A stretch of 24,920 nucleotides of DNA. Origin: a virus (Duplodnaviria > Caudoviricetes). Positions 1 through 8,864 of the stretch are shown here, one piece after another. Numbering within the stretch: the stretch's first letter is position 1; every line of letters starts with the position of its first letter. The notes below the pieces were generated by a model. That model was not told the DNA's origin. It saw nothing but the letters and a program-made list of their open reading frames with translations, and did not search any database. The stretch spans positions 1 to 24,920 of IMG/VR virus record IMGVR_UViG_3300017909_000505. One strand, written 5' to 3'. Both the position numbers and the translations under genes were made by a program.

Positions 1-492
1 AACGGACTTTTAGACTGGGATACTATAAAACCTAGAATACAAAGAATATTTGATCATGGTGGTACGTTTGAAGGGCGTATGAAAAAGTATCTAGAGAAAG
101 CGGAGTTATATATAGACGATGAAGTTTCTATAAAAAGTGAAGACCCCCCTATATCTGGACGTATAGACTTTATAATTAAACACGACAAGTATAAAGAAGC
201 CCTACTAGAACTTAAAACAATTAAAGATGAAGACTATAAAGAATTAAAAGAAGCTCCAAAACATGAACACATGATACAGTTACAGATATATCTTAACTTA
301 ACTGATAGAGATTACGGTGTGGTTATGTATGAAAACAAGAATGACCAAAACCTAAAAGCATTTAAAGTTGACAGAGATAAAAAAGTATGGGATGATATAC
401 TAAAACGATGTGAAAAAATAATGACAATGACTACAGAACCTGAAGATTGTACAGGAATGTGGTATTGTAAATGTAAAAACAGGAGGACATAA
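1..492 (+). CDS. Cas4-like / RecB-type PD-(D/E)XK exonuclease, 5'-truncated by window edge
   Basis: Frame is open from base 1 (NGLLDWDTIKPRIQRIFDHGGTFEGRM...). Motifs GRIDFII, LELKT, QLQIY and C-terminal Cys cluster CTGMWYCKCK. No CRISPR array or other cas genes nearby, so a stand-alone phage nuclease. Confidence 0.8.
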   Translation, partial: NGLLDWDTIKPRIQRIFDHGGTFEGRMKKYLEKAELYIDDEVSIKSEDPPISGRIDFIIKHDKYKEALLELKTIKDEDYKELKEAPKHEHMIQLQIYLNLTDRDYGVVMYENKNDQNLKAFKVDRDKKVWDDILKRCEKIMTMTTEPEDCTGMWYCKCKNRRT

Positions 493-974
493 TGGAAAAA
501 CGATGGAGTTATCAAGATGCAATTGCTTTTGCAAAGCAGGAGCGTAAAGATCATCCTGTTCCATGGGTAGAAATAAATCAAAATGCTGATGAGACTTTAG
601 ATTTTGGTGAGGTTAATAGTGCTAGTAACAAAGAGTTAGAAGCGTATCTTGCGATCTATGGGGGTAATAAAGCCATCTTAGAACAAGTCGTAGCAAGCCA
701 TCAAATGAAATTAGGGGCAATGCAAGCACAGTTTGAAGAAGGGTACAACGTAGCGTTTGCTCAAGTAATGAAAGATGCTATTGGTAAAAAACCCACAAGA
801 GATGAAGCACGCGGTATTATTATGAATACTAACAAAGGCTTAGCAGAGTTATTTAAAAAAATGACTGAGATGGAAGCTGCAAAAACTTATGAGGAAGGTA
901 GACTAAGATTATATACGCAATGTTGGAATACCGTTTCTAGAATTGTGGCACTAAGGACTAAAGGAATTGACTAA
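492..974 (+). CDS. Hypothetical helical/coiled-coil protein (possibly a UvsY-like recombination accessory)
   Basis: AGGAGG SD at 481-486, TAATG coupling, 160 aa largely helical; function guessed only from context. Confidence 0.6.
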   Translation: MEKRWSYQDAIAFAKQERKDHPVPWVEINQNADETLDFGEVNSASNKELEAYLAIYGGNKAILEQVVASHQMKLGAMQAQFEEGYNVAFAQVMKDAIGKKPTRDEARGIIMNTNKGLAELFKKMTEMEAAKTYEEGRLRLYTQCWNTVSRIVALRTKGID

Positions 975-978
975 AACT

Positions 979-987
979 TAGTATAAT
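979..987 (+). promoter_or_regulatory. TAGTATAAT promoter motif, copy 1
   Basis: Intergenic, followed by AGGAGG; 979-998 is identical over 20 nt to 6385-6404. Confidence 0.7.
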
Positions 988-1007
988 AATAGTAGGAGGA
1001 TACTTAT

Positions 1008-1160
1008 ATGATGGGAAAACTAAGACCACAAATATTTCTAGCAATTATAGTGTTAGGACTTTTGAGTGCGGTAGGGGTATATTTTGGATATACAGAGATA
1101 GCCACAGGATGTACAGGTGGAATTATAGCATTAGGTATGAAAGTATTAGAATCAGAATAA
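1008..1160 (+). CDS. 50-aa two-TM small membrane protein (holin-like), missing from ORF track
   Basis: AGGAGG SD at 994-999; MMGKLRPQIFLAIIVLGLLSAVGVYFGYTEIATGCTGGIIALGMKVLESE. Confidence 0.75.
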   Translation: MMGKLRPQIFLAIIVLGLLSAVGVYFGYTEIATGCTGGIIALGMKVLESE

Positions 1161-1176
1161 ATAAAAGGAGAAATAC

Positions 1177-1350
1177 ATGACAAGTAAAGATATAGCAAAA
1201 GGAATAGTAAAGAGTTTACCAGTAGTAGGAGCACTTGCAGTTGGTGTAGGAGCAACTATAGCTGTATTTAAAAGAGATACACTAGAAGATAAAGTGTATG
1301 ATAAGTTGACATCTAGACAAATTATAAAGGAAGACATACCTTTACAATAA
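1177..1350 (+). CDS. 57-aa single-TM small protein, missing from ORF track
   Basis: AAGGAG SD at 1165-1170; MTSKDIAKGIVKSLPVVGALAVGVGATIAVFKRDTLEDKVYDKLTSRQIIKEDIPLQ. Confidence 0.75.
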   Translation: MTSKDIAKGIVKSLPVVGALAVGVGATIAVFKRDTLEDKVYDKLTSRQIIKEDIPLQ

Positions 1351-1354
1351 ACTT

Positions 1355-1834
1355 ATGAAATACTTAGGTCTAGATACGTCTAGTAAGGCAATTCATATAG
1401 TTGAACTAGACGAAAACACACATTTAATAAACATTTATAAAGCTGAAAGTAATACTAAAAAAGCATTCAAAGATAGATTTCCAGAGCTAATGGATAACTT
1501 TGCTAGAATTTTAGTAGAGGATATTGACATAGATACTGTAGATTATGCTGTAATTGAAGAACCTATATTCGCACAGAACAGAAATGTGGTGCGTACTTTA
1601 TCAGAAGTAGTGGGATCTGTTTGGGGGACACTATGTTTAAGTGATATCCCAACTACGTTAGTTGACAACGGCACTTGGAAAAAACAAATCTTAGGTAGTG
1701 GTAAATCTACAAAAGATGATATAATGAAATATGCAATAGAAAAGTGGGGAGATAACTTCCCTGAACAAGATTATGCTGATGCTGCGTGCATCGCATTATA
1801 CTCAGTAAAGGAGAATAGAAATGGCAGCACCTAA
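1355..1834 (+). CDS. ruvC: RuvC-like Holliday junction resolvase
   Basis: N-terminal YLGLDTS, AVIEEP, WKK...G.GK..K and D-x-ADA acidic motifs of the RuvC RNase H fold. Confidence 0.85.
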   Translation: MKYLGLDTSSKAIHIVELDENTHLINIYKAESNTKKAFKDRFPELMDNFARILVEDIDIDTVDYAVIEEPIFAQNRNVVRTLSEVVGSVWGTLCLSDIPTTLVDNGTWKKQILGSGKSTKDDIMKYAIEKWGDNFPEQDYADAACIALYSVKENRNGST

Positions 1835-2312
1835 AGGATATAGAAAGACTACGGGTCAAAAAAATAAAACATATTTTTATGACACCCCTGAACCAAAGGA
1901 TAATAAAGTAGAAGATAAGTTGCCTAAAGGCATGACTGCTGAAGAATTTAAAGCAAAGTATGCTAAGGTTGTATGGTGTGATTATTACAAATGTATACAT
2001 AATATACAAACTGAAGGAGCTAAACGAACTATAGCAACTTTATTAGAAAACCCTCAATACAAACCTCTTGGTCCAAAAGACGCAATGATAAGAGGTGTAT
2101 GTAGTAGAGCAGAGATAGGCATTAAATTTAAAGAGATAAGCACGACAGGTGGCGTAAAGCACAAAGTCCCAGAGTGTTTTAATGCTGCTGGTAATAAAAA
2201 CAAGGGTGGTATGGATTTTAGTAAATTGTTACAATCAGACGGAAGCCCCCACGGAGGAAGTATTGAATCAGGAAACGCTGATACTGGATGGTCCAATGCT
2301 GCATACATGTAA
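1821..2312 (+). CDS. Hypothetical protein with putative metal-binding Cys residues
   Basis: AAGGAG SD; CDYYKCIHN...GVCSR...PECF. Confidence 0.65.
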   Translation: MAAPKGYRKTTGQKNKTYFYDTPEPKDNKVEDKLPKGMTAEEFKAKYAKVVWCDYYKCIHNIQTEGAKRTIATLLENPQYKPLGPKDAMIRGVCSRAEIGIKFKEISTTGGVKHKVPECFNAAGNKNKGGMDFSKLLQSDGSPHGGSIESGNADTGWSNAAYM

Positions 2313-2815
2313 TGCCTAAGAAGTTTCCAAAAGCTGTAAAAGACAGGGCTTTTAAATTATATTTAGCAGATGAGTATTCTGCTAAAGAGATAGCCCAACA
2401 AATTTCTGCAGAGCATAGAGTAGTTGTTAATGAACAAACTATATACGCTTGGGTTAGACAAGACGATTGGAAAACTAAAAAAGCAGAAACACAAGCTAAA
2501 GCCATGGAAAAAGTACAAGAGACTGAATCAAACAAACTTGCTAGAATGCAAGATGAACACCAAGCATTATATAAAGGGATAAGAGATAAAGCTGGTGTAG
2601 AATTAAATTCATTGGTTTTTGAAAGAGCTTTTGATGCGGTGAAAGCGTTAGACATAGGAATACAAGGTGAGAGACAGGTTGCTGAGGGATTGATAAATGT
2701 TCAGTTTATTCAAGACGTAGTTGGTATTTTAGTAGAAGAAATAGATGATCCTGAATTAATTAAAAAAATAGCGGCTAAATTAAAAGTCTTAATGGCATCA
2801 AAAGATAATGAGTGA
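2312..2815 (+). CDS. terS: Terminase small subunit (N-terminal HTH)
   Basis: Likely start ATG 2312 (TAATG overlap); HTH-like AFKLY...SAKEIAQ...QTIYAW...DW then helices; directly upstream of TerL. Confidence 0.75.
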   Translation: MPKKFPKAVKDRAFKLYLADEYSAKEIAQQISAEHRVVVNEQTIYAWVRQDDWKTKKAETQAKAMEKVQETESNKLARMQDEHQALYKGIRDKAGVELNSLVFERAFDAVKALDIGIQGERQVAEGLINVQFIQDVVGILVEEIDDPELIKKIAAKLKVLMASKDNE

Positions 2816-4451
2816 CGAACTAACAACATATGAAAAAGCATTTGAACTACTTGCAGAGAAACTAGAAAAAAGTAATAAGTATGCTGTAGGTAGTTTTTGG
2901 GAGTTTACTAGAGATATATGGTCTCAAGGTTTTGAACACCCAGAATATTTTCAAGCATGGCATGTAGGCAAACTTACAGAAGAAGTAGAAAAATGTATTG
3001 AAGATGGTCTTAACTATCTAGCAATTTTACCGAGAGCACATTTTAAATCTACTATTCTTGGGCATGCTTTTAGTATTTGGAGAAGTTTAAAAATACAAGG
3101 TAGTGCTAATATTTTATATTTATCTTATAGTGATACGATGGCTAAATACCACATATCTGAAATAAACAAAGAGGTCAATCGTAACCCGATATTAAAAGAA
3201 ATGATGACCAACAAAGCTCCAAAAGCTGACTTTACGTTTAGATATGATACAGGTAATGGTGGTAGTGCAGAAATACTGCATGGCGGATTGTTTTCTTTCA
3301 AAAGGGGTATGCACGTTAACGGGGCGTTGATTGCTGATGACATATTGAAAGATCCAGAAAGTCCGTTAGCATTAGGGCAAATGAACAAGATTGAGGATCA
3401 TTTTTTAACAGAGTCTTTATTCATACCTAATCAAGGTGTCCCTGTTGTTATAGTGGGTACGCCAATGATGCCGGGAGATTTACTTACGGTGTTAGAAAAA
3501 GATGATAGATTTGTGACGAGGAAGATGCCAGCACTAGACCCTGAACCGGGCAGAAGAGTATTAATGCCAGAGTTATATAGTGAGGAATGGTTACTAGAAC
3601 AACAGAAAGCTAAACCTAAATCATTTGCATCAGAGTTTTTATTACAGCCACACTTTAATACAGAAGCATACTTTGATTCTGAAGATATTGAAAAGTGTGA
3701 AGACGCGACTTTAAGGTCTTTACCTACAACTGTACAACATACCTTTGCAGATGATGAAGATATATTTGCAGGATTTGACGTGGGTAAAAAAAGACACCCA
3801 TCTCATTTAGTTGTATTTAGAAGAAAAGGTGAACGTGTAGAACAGATACATCAGTCTTGGTTAGATGGTTGGGATTATTCAGAACAAATAGAATATTTAA
3901 ATGAAGCCGCAAGAAACTTCGGGCTTACAAAAGGTTATATAGATAATACGAGAGGAGAGTTAGAAGATAGGGGATTAGATAGAACATGGTATCCTTTATC
4001 TTTTAGTTTAAAGTCTAAAAACAATATGGCACATATATTTGAACAGTATGTGCATTCAGGTAATTTATTTTTACTTAGGGATACTAGACAGAGGCAACAA
4101 ATACTATCAGTTAACAATGAATTAAAAGCTCCAGAAACTCCAATGGGTCACGGAGATGCTTTCTTTTCTATAGCAATGGCACTACAAGCAGCATACGAAA
4201 CAGGAATATATAACATGCAAGCTGTAGGTGATCTCCAAGACTTTGTACATGATGTAGATCCTTCATTAAAATATTCAAATTTAGATAAAAATAAGCCGGA
4301 AAAGTTAATCGATTTCGACAAAAAGGTGTATAATGATAATAGCAAAAACTTAGAAGCACCCAATCCAAATTGTACAGAGGACTTCTGTGGTCCTTCATTA
4401 TGGGTGCCGGCTAGGGGTTTGTGTCTTTATTGTAATTATAAAAAATCATAG
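2808..4451 (+). CDS. terL: Terminase large subunit
   Basis: Walker A LPRAHFKST, Walker B LIADD, coupling motif VVIVGTP, nuclease motifs GFDVG and HGDAFFS; C-terminal extension with four Cys. Confidence 0.93.
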   Translation: MSDELTTYEKAFELLAEKLEKSNKYAVGSFWEFTRDIWSQGFEHPEYFQAWHVGKLTEEVEKCIEDGLNYLAILPRAHFKSTILGHAFSIWRSLKIQGSANILYLSYSDTMAKYHISEINKEVNRNPILKEMMTNKAPKADFTFRYDTGNGGSAEILHGGLFSFKRGMHVNGALIADDILKDPESPLALGQMNKIEDHFLTESLFIPNQGVPVVIVGTPMMPGDLLTVLEKDDRFVTRKMPALDPEPGRRVLMPELYSEEWLLEQQKAKPKSFASEFLLQPHFNTEAYFDSEDIEKCEDATLRSLPTTVQHTFADDEDIFAGFDVGKKRHPSHLVVFRRKGERVEQIHQSWLDGWDYSEQIEYLNEAARNFGLTKGYIDNTRGELEDRGLDRTWYPLSFSLKSKNNMAHIFEQYVHSGNLFLLRDTRQRQQILSVNNELKAPETPMGHGDAFFSIAMALQAAYETGIYNMQAVGDLQDFVHDVDPSLKYSNLDKNKPEKLIDFDKKVYNDNSKNLEAPNPNCTEDFCGPSLWVPARGLCLYCNYKKS

Positions 4452-4470
4452 TAACCATAGGAGGTTCATT

Positions 4471-6363
4471 TTGGTCACGTTAACACAACAAGCAGAAACA
4501 GTAGCGTCAAAAAGATATTATTTAAAAGACGAGTCAGGTGAACCTGAAGAAAACGCAAACACATTATTAGAAAGAGTAGCTAAAGCTATCGCATCTTCTG
4601 AAAAATTATATGGTAAATCAGATGCAGATGTAGAGTTAACTACTAAAGAATTTTACGACATGATGACAGAGTTAAATTTTATACCTAACTCCCCGACACT
4701 CATGAATGCTGGTACAGAACAGGGTACATTATCTGCATGCTTTGTATTACCGTTAGAAGACAGCATGGAAGATATTATGAAAGCTGCTCACGACATAGCT
4801 ATGGTACAAAAGTTTGGTGGTGGGACAGGTTTTGCTTTAAGTAAACTACGACCACGAGGCGATAAGATAAAGACTACACATGGTATTGCATGTGGTCCGA
4901 TACAAGTATTACAGACACTATCTAGAGTATCATCTATGATTACACAGGGTGGTAAAAGAGATGGTGCGAACATGGCAGTAATGTCAGTATACCATCCAGA
5001 TATATTAGAGTTTATTGACTGTAAAAAAGTTGAGGGTGACATACATAACTTCAACATATCAGTAGGCGTAGACTCTAACTTTATGAAAGCTGTAGAAGCT
5101 AATCTTAATTACCCACTGATTAATCCAAAGAGTAAACAAGTAGTTGGTGAACTAAATGCAAAAGAAGTATTTGATAAGATGGTATATGGTGCATGGAGAA
5201 ACGGTGAACCGGGTATGATTTTCTTGGATGAAGTAAATAAAGACAACCATGTGAAATCTGAATACGGTGAAATGATTGCTACTAATCCGTGTGGTGAACA
5301 ACCATTGTTAGGGAATGAATCTTGTAACTTAGGATCTATAAATCTAGCTAACTTTGTAGAATCTAGAGAAGTAAGACCTTACATTAAGTGGGATGAATTA
5401 AGAACCACTATTAAAACAGCTACACGATTCTTAGACAATGTGATTGATGCAAACAAATATGCAACTCCAGAAATAGAAAAAATGACTAAGGCTACAAGAA
5501 AGATAGGTTTAGGTATTATGGGATTTGCAGATATGCTTACACAACTTAGAGTATCGTATGATTCTAAAGAAGGCAGAAAAATTGGATCTGATGTAATGAG
5601 GTTTTTAAAGACTCATGCAGATCAAGCATCAATTGAATTAGCAAAAGAAAGAGGAACTTTCCCTGCATGGGACAACAGTGATTACGGCGAAGATGAAAAA
5701 TACAGGAATGCTTGCCGACTAACTGTAGCTCCTACAGGAACTATCTCTATGTTTGCTGATGCATCTAGCGGAGTAGAACCACTATTCTCTTTAGCGTACA
5801 GAAAGATGAATATATTAGAAGGGGAAACTCTTTACTATGTAAACAAATACTTTGAACAAGATGCTAAAGAAATGGGTTTTTATTCAGAAGAACTTATGGA
5901 ATACTTATCTGACGGCGGTTCATTAAAAGATAGAACAGAAGTGCCAGATGAAATAAAAGAAATCTATACAACAGCACCTGAAATATCTCCTGAAGCACAT
6001 GTAGGAATGCAAGCAGCTTTCCAAGAACACTGTGACTCTGGGATATCTAAGACGATAAACTTTGCAAATGATGCTACAATAGAAGATGTGTATACAACTT
6101 ACATGCTAGCTTGGAAGACAAAATGTAAAGGAATTACAGTTTACAGAGCCGGTAGTAGAGATAAAGAAGTATTAGTAACAGCACATAAAAATGAAGAATC
6201 AACAAATACTAAAGAAGAGCAATTAGACTTCTTTGATGAAATGGATGCTCCAATTAGTGAAGAAATGTTTTACGCAGTGTGTTGTGATCAACCTAACATA
6301 GTAATGGAGTCTGGTTGTAAGACATGTAAATTCTGTGGATGGAGTGCTTGTCATATAGCATAA
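4471..6363 (+). CDS. nrdJ: Class II adenosylcobalamin-dependent ribonucleotide reductase
   Basis: Probable TTG start at 4471 after AGGAGG (4459-4464). [43 protein letters not shown]-terminal [12 protein letters not shown]; no beta subunit gene adjacent. Confidence 0.9.
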   Translation: MVTLTQQAETVASKRYYLKDESGEPEENANTLLERVAKAIASSEKLYGKSDADVELTTKEFYDMMTELNFIPNSPTLMNAGTEQGTLSACFVLPLEDSMEDIMKAAHDIAMVQKFGGGTGFALSKLRPRGDKIKTTHGIACGPIQVLQTLSRVSSMITQGGKRDGANMAVMSVYHPDILEFIDCKKVEGDIHNFNISVGVDSNFMKAVEANLNYPLINPKSKQVVGELNAKEVFDKMVYGAWRNGEPGMIFLDEVNKDNHVKSEYGEMIATNPCGEQPLLGNESCNLGSINLANFVESREVRPYIKWDELRTTIKTATRFLDNVIDANKYATPEIEKMTKATRKIGLGIMGFADMLTQLRVSYDSKEGRKIGSDVMRFLKTHADQASIELAKERGTFPAWDNSDYGEDEKYRNACRLTVAPTGTISMFADASSGVEPLFSLAYRKMNILEGETLYYVNKYFEQDAKEMGFYSEELMEYLSDGGSLKDRTEVPDEIKEIYTTAPEISPEAHVGMQAAFQEHCDSGISKTINFANDATIEDVYTTYMLAWKTKCKGITVYRAGSRDKEVLVTAHKNEESTNTKEEQLDFFDEMDAPISEEMFYAVCCDQPNIVMESGCKTCKFCGWSACHIA

Positions 6364-6364
6364 A

Positions 6365-6393
6365 TTCACAGTTTTAGCAAAAAATAGTATAAT
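6365..6393 (+). promoter_or_regulatory. TAGTATAAT promoter motif, copy 2, with -35-like TTCACA
   Basis: TTCACA (6365-6370), 17-nt spacer, TATAAT (6388-6393); upstream of the portal operon. Confidence 0.72.
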
Positions 6394-6411
6394 AATAGTA
6401 GGAGAAAAGAT

Positions 6412-6828
6412 ATGCCTATAGGTAATATGTTAAGAGACAGACAAGAACAGTATGTCGCACAAAAAGATAATACTGGTACTTGGAGAATACTCGATACTTG
6501 GCATGAGGATTTAACTAAATTAGATCCTGAAGATGAGATAGATGATGCTAGTGAAGCAGTTACAGTCTTATCTGAAGGTAGTTTTCTAGCTTTAGTTAGA
6601 GAAGCAACAAGATTAGGGGTGTTGCAAAACGCTGCTCTAATGGAGAATGATGCTTTAGCTGACCAAGTAGCTGAGTTAAAAGAAGAAAACGATAGACTAC
6701 GAATACAAATTGAGACCACGCCTGCAGTTGAAGTTACACACGAAGAAAAGGCGGGGTTAAAACAACATGCAATAGACACGATAGCGAAGATAGTAGCTAT
6801 AGATAGTGTTGAAATAACTAAGGAATAG
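6412..6828 (+). CDS. Hypothetical acidic protein with short coiled coil
   Basis: AGGAG SD; heptads LADQVAELKEENDRLRIQI. Confidence 0.7.
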   Translation: MPIGNMLRDRQEQYVAQKDNTGTWRILDTWHEDLTKLDPEDEIDDASEAVTVLSEGSFLALVREATRLGVLQNAALMENDALADQVAELKEENDRLRIQIETTPAVEVTHEEKAGLKQHAIDTIAKIVAIDSVEITKE

Positions 6829-6833
6829 GGTAT

Positions 6834-8864
6834 ATGAAATTAGGAGATTATCTTCCAGAAGTTCCTGAAATGGCTAAGTCCATGGGAAAACTTGGTTCTC
6901 AGATAGACATGTTTGGGGACATGATGCAATTAAGCAAAGCCGCTGGGGATACAGGTAGTGGACCAACATTCGGTGTTGATTACATAGTAAACACTTATGT
7001 AAGAAATCAACTTGCATATAGAAAACAACTAATACAAGATTTACAAACTGTAGCGTATACTGCTGAAGAACTACGTGCACCTATATTACATATAACAGGT
7101 GAGGTGTTTAGAAGAGGTATTCAATTTGAACCTTTAGTTGAAGATCCAGATGAAAGCCAATTAGATAGACTAAAAGAGTTTATGGATGACTGTAATGTAT
7201 TTGATCAGGGATTAGAAGAGGTATTGAGGCAGTTTCATTGGGACTTAAACACAGTTGATGACGCGTTTTTATACTTTTCAAAAGAATATTATGACACAGG
7301 CGATGGGGGATTAAGATCAAGAGTTACTGAAATTAGAAGAATAAACCCTGCTCTTATAGAATATGACTTAGATGAAACAGGTTTACCTAAAAACTCTCAT
7401 TTCTTCTGCCCACTACACAGAGAACAAATAAAAGAATCTCCAGAAGAATGTCCTGAAGAAGATTGTGAACAAAAACTACAACCTGCTATGTATAGATATT
7501 TATACAGAACAGAAGTACATTACTTTTTAGACACTGAGATTGTACATTTATCTAAGTTCAACCCAACTGAAACTTATGGTTGGTCACCTATTTTAACAAT
7601 ATTTGAAAAAGCTCTAACTTTAATTGGTATGGATAGAAACTTATACAGATATTTCTTTGAAAGAAAAATGCCCGCATCTATGGTTATGGTAACTACAGAT
7701 GATCCAGAAAGTTTAAAGAGAGAACGTGAAGCACTTGCTGCAAAAACAAGGCAAGACCCTAACTACATACCTATGATTGCTGTATCTTCTAGAACAAATA
7801 GAGGTAGAGTTGACATGGTAAGACTATTCCATACATTACAAGAGATGGATTATTTACCTGTGAGAGCGGAGATACGAGAAAGAGTATCTGCTATATGGGG
7901 TGTAGCACCAATGTGGCAGGGTGCTCCTGATTCATTCGGTGGTTTGACACAACAAACATCGCAATTAACTGTGATGGGTAGAGTTGTTGAAAGAGATCAA
8001 CGACAAATAATGGAAAAAGTATTTCCTGCTATATTAGATAACTTCGGTATTACAGACTGGAAACTAGTATTACCTAACCCTGAAGAAAAAGCAGAGGCTA
8101 CTAGAATTGCTCAATCACAACAAAGAGCAGCAATCGCAGCTCAAATGTTAGGGATGGGTTTTGATGTTAATCTTGCTGGTAACAACCTTAAAGTAGATCA
8201 ACTTGACTTTATTGTCAGCGGTCAACCGGTTCCTACTGCTAAATTACAGGGTGAGCAACAAGCATTAGCACTTGAACAAGCTGAGATGCAAGCTGCACAG
8301 GCAGAAGCACAAATGGAAATGCAGGCTCAACAAGCAGAGCAACAAGCCGCACAGGGCGATATTCCAGAGGAAGGCGAGGGTGAAGGCGATATTCCAGTAG
8401 ATGAAGAGGGCACTGTGCCTGAAGAAGAAGGTGAAGAAGGATCTGCAGAAGTACCTGTGGAAAACTCATTAGAAAAAGGAGCGGAAAATGCTAATATGCC
8501 TTATCCTAGATTTGCTAACATAGAATCAAAGAACATAAAAAATCCAGATTTAAAAAAAGGTGTAGCCACATCTACTTGGATTGATAGTTTATCTGAGCAA
8601 GGATACCAGTTCCCTATTATTAAACAAGTATCACCTGATGGTAATCAAGTATGGTTTTCTAATAATGGTGAAGAATATGTAGGAAACTTATCAGGGACTG
8701 GAGTTGATAAAATAGAAAAAGCGTATTTTGGTAATCCAGCATTTTCTGAAGCTGGGGGTAAGAAATACTTTAGTGATGCATACACAGCTGAAACAGGGGA
8801 TGGAACATCTAAACCAAAAGCTGTTAATGTAGAACGTCATGATGACGATGAGGACGATGACTAA
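6834..8864 (+). CDS. Portal protein with Cys-rich insert and long Gln/Glu-rich C-terminal extension
   Basis: Size, position and HK97-like portal motifs (DLNTVDDAFLY, EIRRINP, EIVHL...YGWSPI, YFFE..MP, EMDY...RERVSAIWGVAP). Confidence 0.88.
   Translation: MKLGDYLPEVPEMAKSMGKLGSQIDMFGDMMQLSKAAGDTGSGPTFGVDYIVNTYVRNQLAYRKQLIQDLQTVAYTAEELRAPILHITGEVFRRGIQFEPLVEDPDESQLDRLKEFMDDCNVFDQGLEEVLRQFHWDLNTVDDAFLYFSKEYYDTGDGGLRSRVTEIRRINPALIEYDLDETGLPKNSHFFCPLHREQIKESPEECPEEDCEQKLQPAMYRYLYRTEVHYFLDTEIVHLSKFNPTETYGWSPILTIFEKALTLIGMDRNLYRYFFERKMPASMVMVTTDDPESLKREREALAAKTRQDPNYIPMIAVSSRTNRGRVDMVRLFHTLQEMDYLPVRAEIRERVSAIWGVAPMWQGAPDSFGGLTQQTSQLTVMGRVVERDQRQIMEKVFPAILDNFGITDWKLVLPNPEEKAEATRIAQSQQRAAIAAQMLGMGFDVNLAGNNLKVDQLDFIVSGQPVPTAKLQGEQQALALEQAEMQAAQAEAQMEMQAQQAEQQAAQGDIPEEGEGEGDIPVDEEGTVPEEEGEEGSAEVPVENSLEKGAENANMPYPRFANIESKNIKNPDLKKGVATSTWIDSLSEQGYQFPIIKQVSPDGNQVWFSNNGEEYVGNLSGTGVDKIEKAYFGNPAFSEAGGKKYFSDAYTAETGDGTSKPKAVNVERHDDDEDDD

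Noticed and set aside
1-492. CRISPR-Cas system implied by Cas4-like gene
   Set aside because: No repeat-spacer array or other cas genes seen; stand-alone Cas4-like nucleases are common phage genes.
967-987. TTGACT as -35 for the first promoter motif
   Set aside because: Only 9 nt from TATAAT, incompatible with sigma70 spacing.
4387-4470. Longer N-terminus for the RNR given by the ORF track
   Set aside because: Overlaps terL; the AGGAGG points to TTG 4471. Track starts 2288 and 15884 were shortened for similar reasons.
2808-6363. Intein or intron in terL or nrdJ
   Set aside because: Lengths are ordinary, motifs are contiguous, and no splice-junction or LAGLIDADG motifs are evident.
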